DNA from: Candidatus Iainarchaeum sp.
GTDB taxonomy: Archaea; Iainarchaeota; Iainarchaeia; Iainarchaeales; 0-14-0-20-30-16
Reading direction: 5' to 3'
Assembly (NCBI GenBank): GCA_903916665.1
Contig: CAIWXP010000050.1
Coordinates: 1-5,570, forward strand
DNA: 5,570 nucleotides
Below, one piece after another: positions 4,742 to 5,570 of this stretch. The notes beneath the pieces are model-generated. The model was not told the DNA's origin, did no database searches, and saw nothing but the letters and a program-made list of their open reading frames with translations. Each line of letters opens with the position of its first letter. The stretch's first letter is position 1. The position numbers were made by a program, and so were the translations under genes.

Positions 4742-4747
4742 GGTGGG

Positions 4748-4894
4748 CCCGACTTAGTTTAGTGGTAAAGCGTCCGGCTGTAGATGAATGTTGTGCTTTG
4801 CAACACAGTAATCTATTCTAAGTAATTAGATAGCGTTTCTGAAATGTATTAAGCAGAAACCGGAATACCCCCGGTTCAAATCCGGGAGTCGGGA
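4748..4894 (+). tRNA. tRNA-Tyr (anticodon GUA) with a 75-nt intron at 37/38; mature length 72 nt; no encoded CCA
   Basis: Exons read CCCGACT TA GTTT AGTGGTA AAGC G TCCGG CTGTAG|...|A CCGGA ATACC CCCGG TTCAAAT CCGGG AGTCGGG A. The C1-G72 pair and short variable loop are the established archaeal/eukaryal tRNA-Tyr features; bacterial tRNA-Tyr has G1-C72 and a long variable arm. Confidence 0.85.
4784..4858 (+). other. Archaeal-type tRNA intron bounded by a bulge-helix-bulge motif
   Basis: The central 4-bp helix pairs CTGT (4778-4781) with GCAG (4853-4856): C-G, U-A, G-C, U-G. The 3-nt bulges are AGA (4782-4784) and AAA (4857-4859). The outer helix pairs TGAAT (4785-4789) with ATTAA (4848-4852) with one G-A mismatch. 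Cleavage after the second bulge nucleotide gives exactly 37|38. Confidence 0.75.
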
Positions 4895-4913
4895 TACTAT
4901 ACATAACTTTATT

Positions 4914-4934
4914 GGTCTTTTAAATCAAAAGACC
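4914..4934 (+). terminator. Hairpin GGTCTTTT-AAATC-AAAAGACC downstream of tRNA-Tyr
   Basis: A perfect 8-bp stem 20 nt after the tRNA 3' end, followed by only TTT. The terminator role is inferred. It could equally serve the convergent minus-strand gene. Confidence 0.35.
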
Positions 4935-4936
4935 TT

Positions 4937-4971
4937 TAGAGTTGTGACTAATTAAGCAGAAACCGGAATAC
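4937..4971 (+). repeat. Ghost fragment of the tRNA-Tyr anticodon-loop/intron/3' anticodon-stem region
   Basis: 4951-4971 (ATTAAGCAGAAACCGGAATAC) is 21/21 identical to 4848-4868. The preceding TAGA-GTTGTG (4937-4946) resembles TAGA(tgaat)GTTGTG at 4781-4795, but that part is short and could be chance. The repeat's last base is the first base of the complement of the radical-SAM gene's stop codon. Confidence 0.65.
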
Positions 4972-5570
4972 TAATTTATTAAAGATCTAATTTTTTTAAT
5001 TCCATTAAGTATGTCTTTTTTTGATAGGTCTTTTGTACTATAACCAATTTGACTATTTGTTTGTTCATAATTTTCATTAATTTTTTGTTTATGATGATTA
5101 TAAAAATCCATAAAATTAATTCGTTTTGTAATAATTCTTAATCGTTTTGGATCCTCCATAAATGCAGAACAAGGTTCAATTTCAAGAGGGTAAACAAATA
5201 TTTCAATATTATTGTTATATTTGGTTTTTATAGTTTTGACTAATTCGTAAGATTTTTGTATATCTTTTTTTGTTTCAAATGGCCATCCACAGGCAAAATA
5301 TAATCTTGTTTTAATATCTTGTTTAATTATATAGCCTAAAATTTTTAAAAATTTTGAATTTGTATAATAAAATCCTCTATTTATTTTTCTAACTTTTTCA
5401 GATCCTGTTTCTGGTGATAAAATTAAAATACCTTTTGGAAATGTTTCTTTAAAAGCATTAATAAAATTTAAATCTGGCAAAGACCAGCATTCAAATGCAC
5501 AATTTATATTTAATTTTTCTTTTCTAATTCTTTCAAATAATTTTATATAATATTTGTTTTTTGGTATAGG
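4971..5570 (-). CDS. Partial CDS (C-terminal part; N-terminus beyond window end): radical-SAM-like enzyme
   Basis: LSPETGSEKVRKINRG...(~30 aa)...YFACGWPFETKKDIQKS follows the radical SAM core pattern (ESGS..vL..m.Kg ... f.iG.PgET.ed). The track start at 5480 is a TTG. I translated the same frame upstream (PIPKNKYYIKLFERIRKEKLNINCAFECWSL...) and it stays open to 5570, so the gene is truncated by the window. The CxxxCxxC cluster would lie outside the window. Confidence 0.55.
   Translation of the reverse strand, partial: PIPKNKYYIKLFERIRKEKLNINCAFECWSLPDLNFINAFKETFPKGILILSPETGSEKVRKINRGFYYTNSKFLKILGYIIKQDIKTRLYFACGWPFETKKDIQKSYELVKTIKTKYNNNIEIFVYPLEIEPCSAFMEDPKRLRIITKRINFMDFYNHHKQKINENYEQTNSQIGYSTKDLSKKDILNGIKKIRSLIN

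Noticed and set aside
4784-4858. C/D box guide RNA inside the tRNA-Tyr intron (by analogy with euryarchaeal tRNA-Trp introns)
   Set aside because: A CUGA is present (4837-4840), but the only C-box candidate, ATGAATG at the intron 5' end, mismatches RUGAUGA at three positions. I could not find C'/D' boxes.

Overview
AT-rich (roughly 30% GC by eye), tightly packed window that I read as archaeal, probably a small-genome DPANN-type lineage. Three things support this. tRNA-Tyr(GUA) has the archaeal/eukaryal C1-G72 pair, a 5-nt variable loop, and a 75-nt intron at position 37/38 in a canonical bulge-helix-bulge motif. Several genes have a TATA-like box about 25 nt upstream of the ATG, suggesting leaderless mRNAs. 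Convergent genes have stop codons only 1 and 5 nt apart. Contents, left to right: a partial membrane-protein N-terminus (-), cold-shock protein (+), GT2 glycosyltransferase with a long charged tail (+), ChaC/gamma-glutamylcyclotransferase-like protein (-), GNAT acetyltransferase (-), NadM-type NMN adenylyltransferase homolog (+), short single-domain L-asparaginase-like protein (-), tRNA-Ile(GAU) (-), PPC/DUF296-like protein (+), intron-containing tRNA-Tyr(GUA) (+), and the C-terminal part of a radical-SAM-like protein (-, runs off the window). I see no CRISPR array, transposase, integrase, recognisable defence or toxin-antitoxin module, or novel multi-gene protein system. The unusual content is non-coding. 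Each tRNA gene has an internally deleted 'ghost' copy of part of itself about 100-160 bp downstream. The Ile ghost keeps the 3' acceptor end and both flanks, and the Tyr ghost is a 21/21 identical copy of the 3' strand of the intron splicing motif. Both tRNA genes and the Ile ghost have a perfect A/T-rich hairpin with a 3-nt loop on their 5' side. The spacer next to tRNA-Ile holds back-to-back perfect palindromes and a GC-rich palindromic island. All functional interpretations of these elements are inference.
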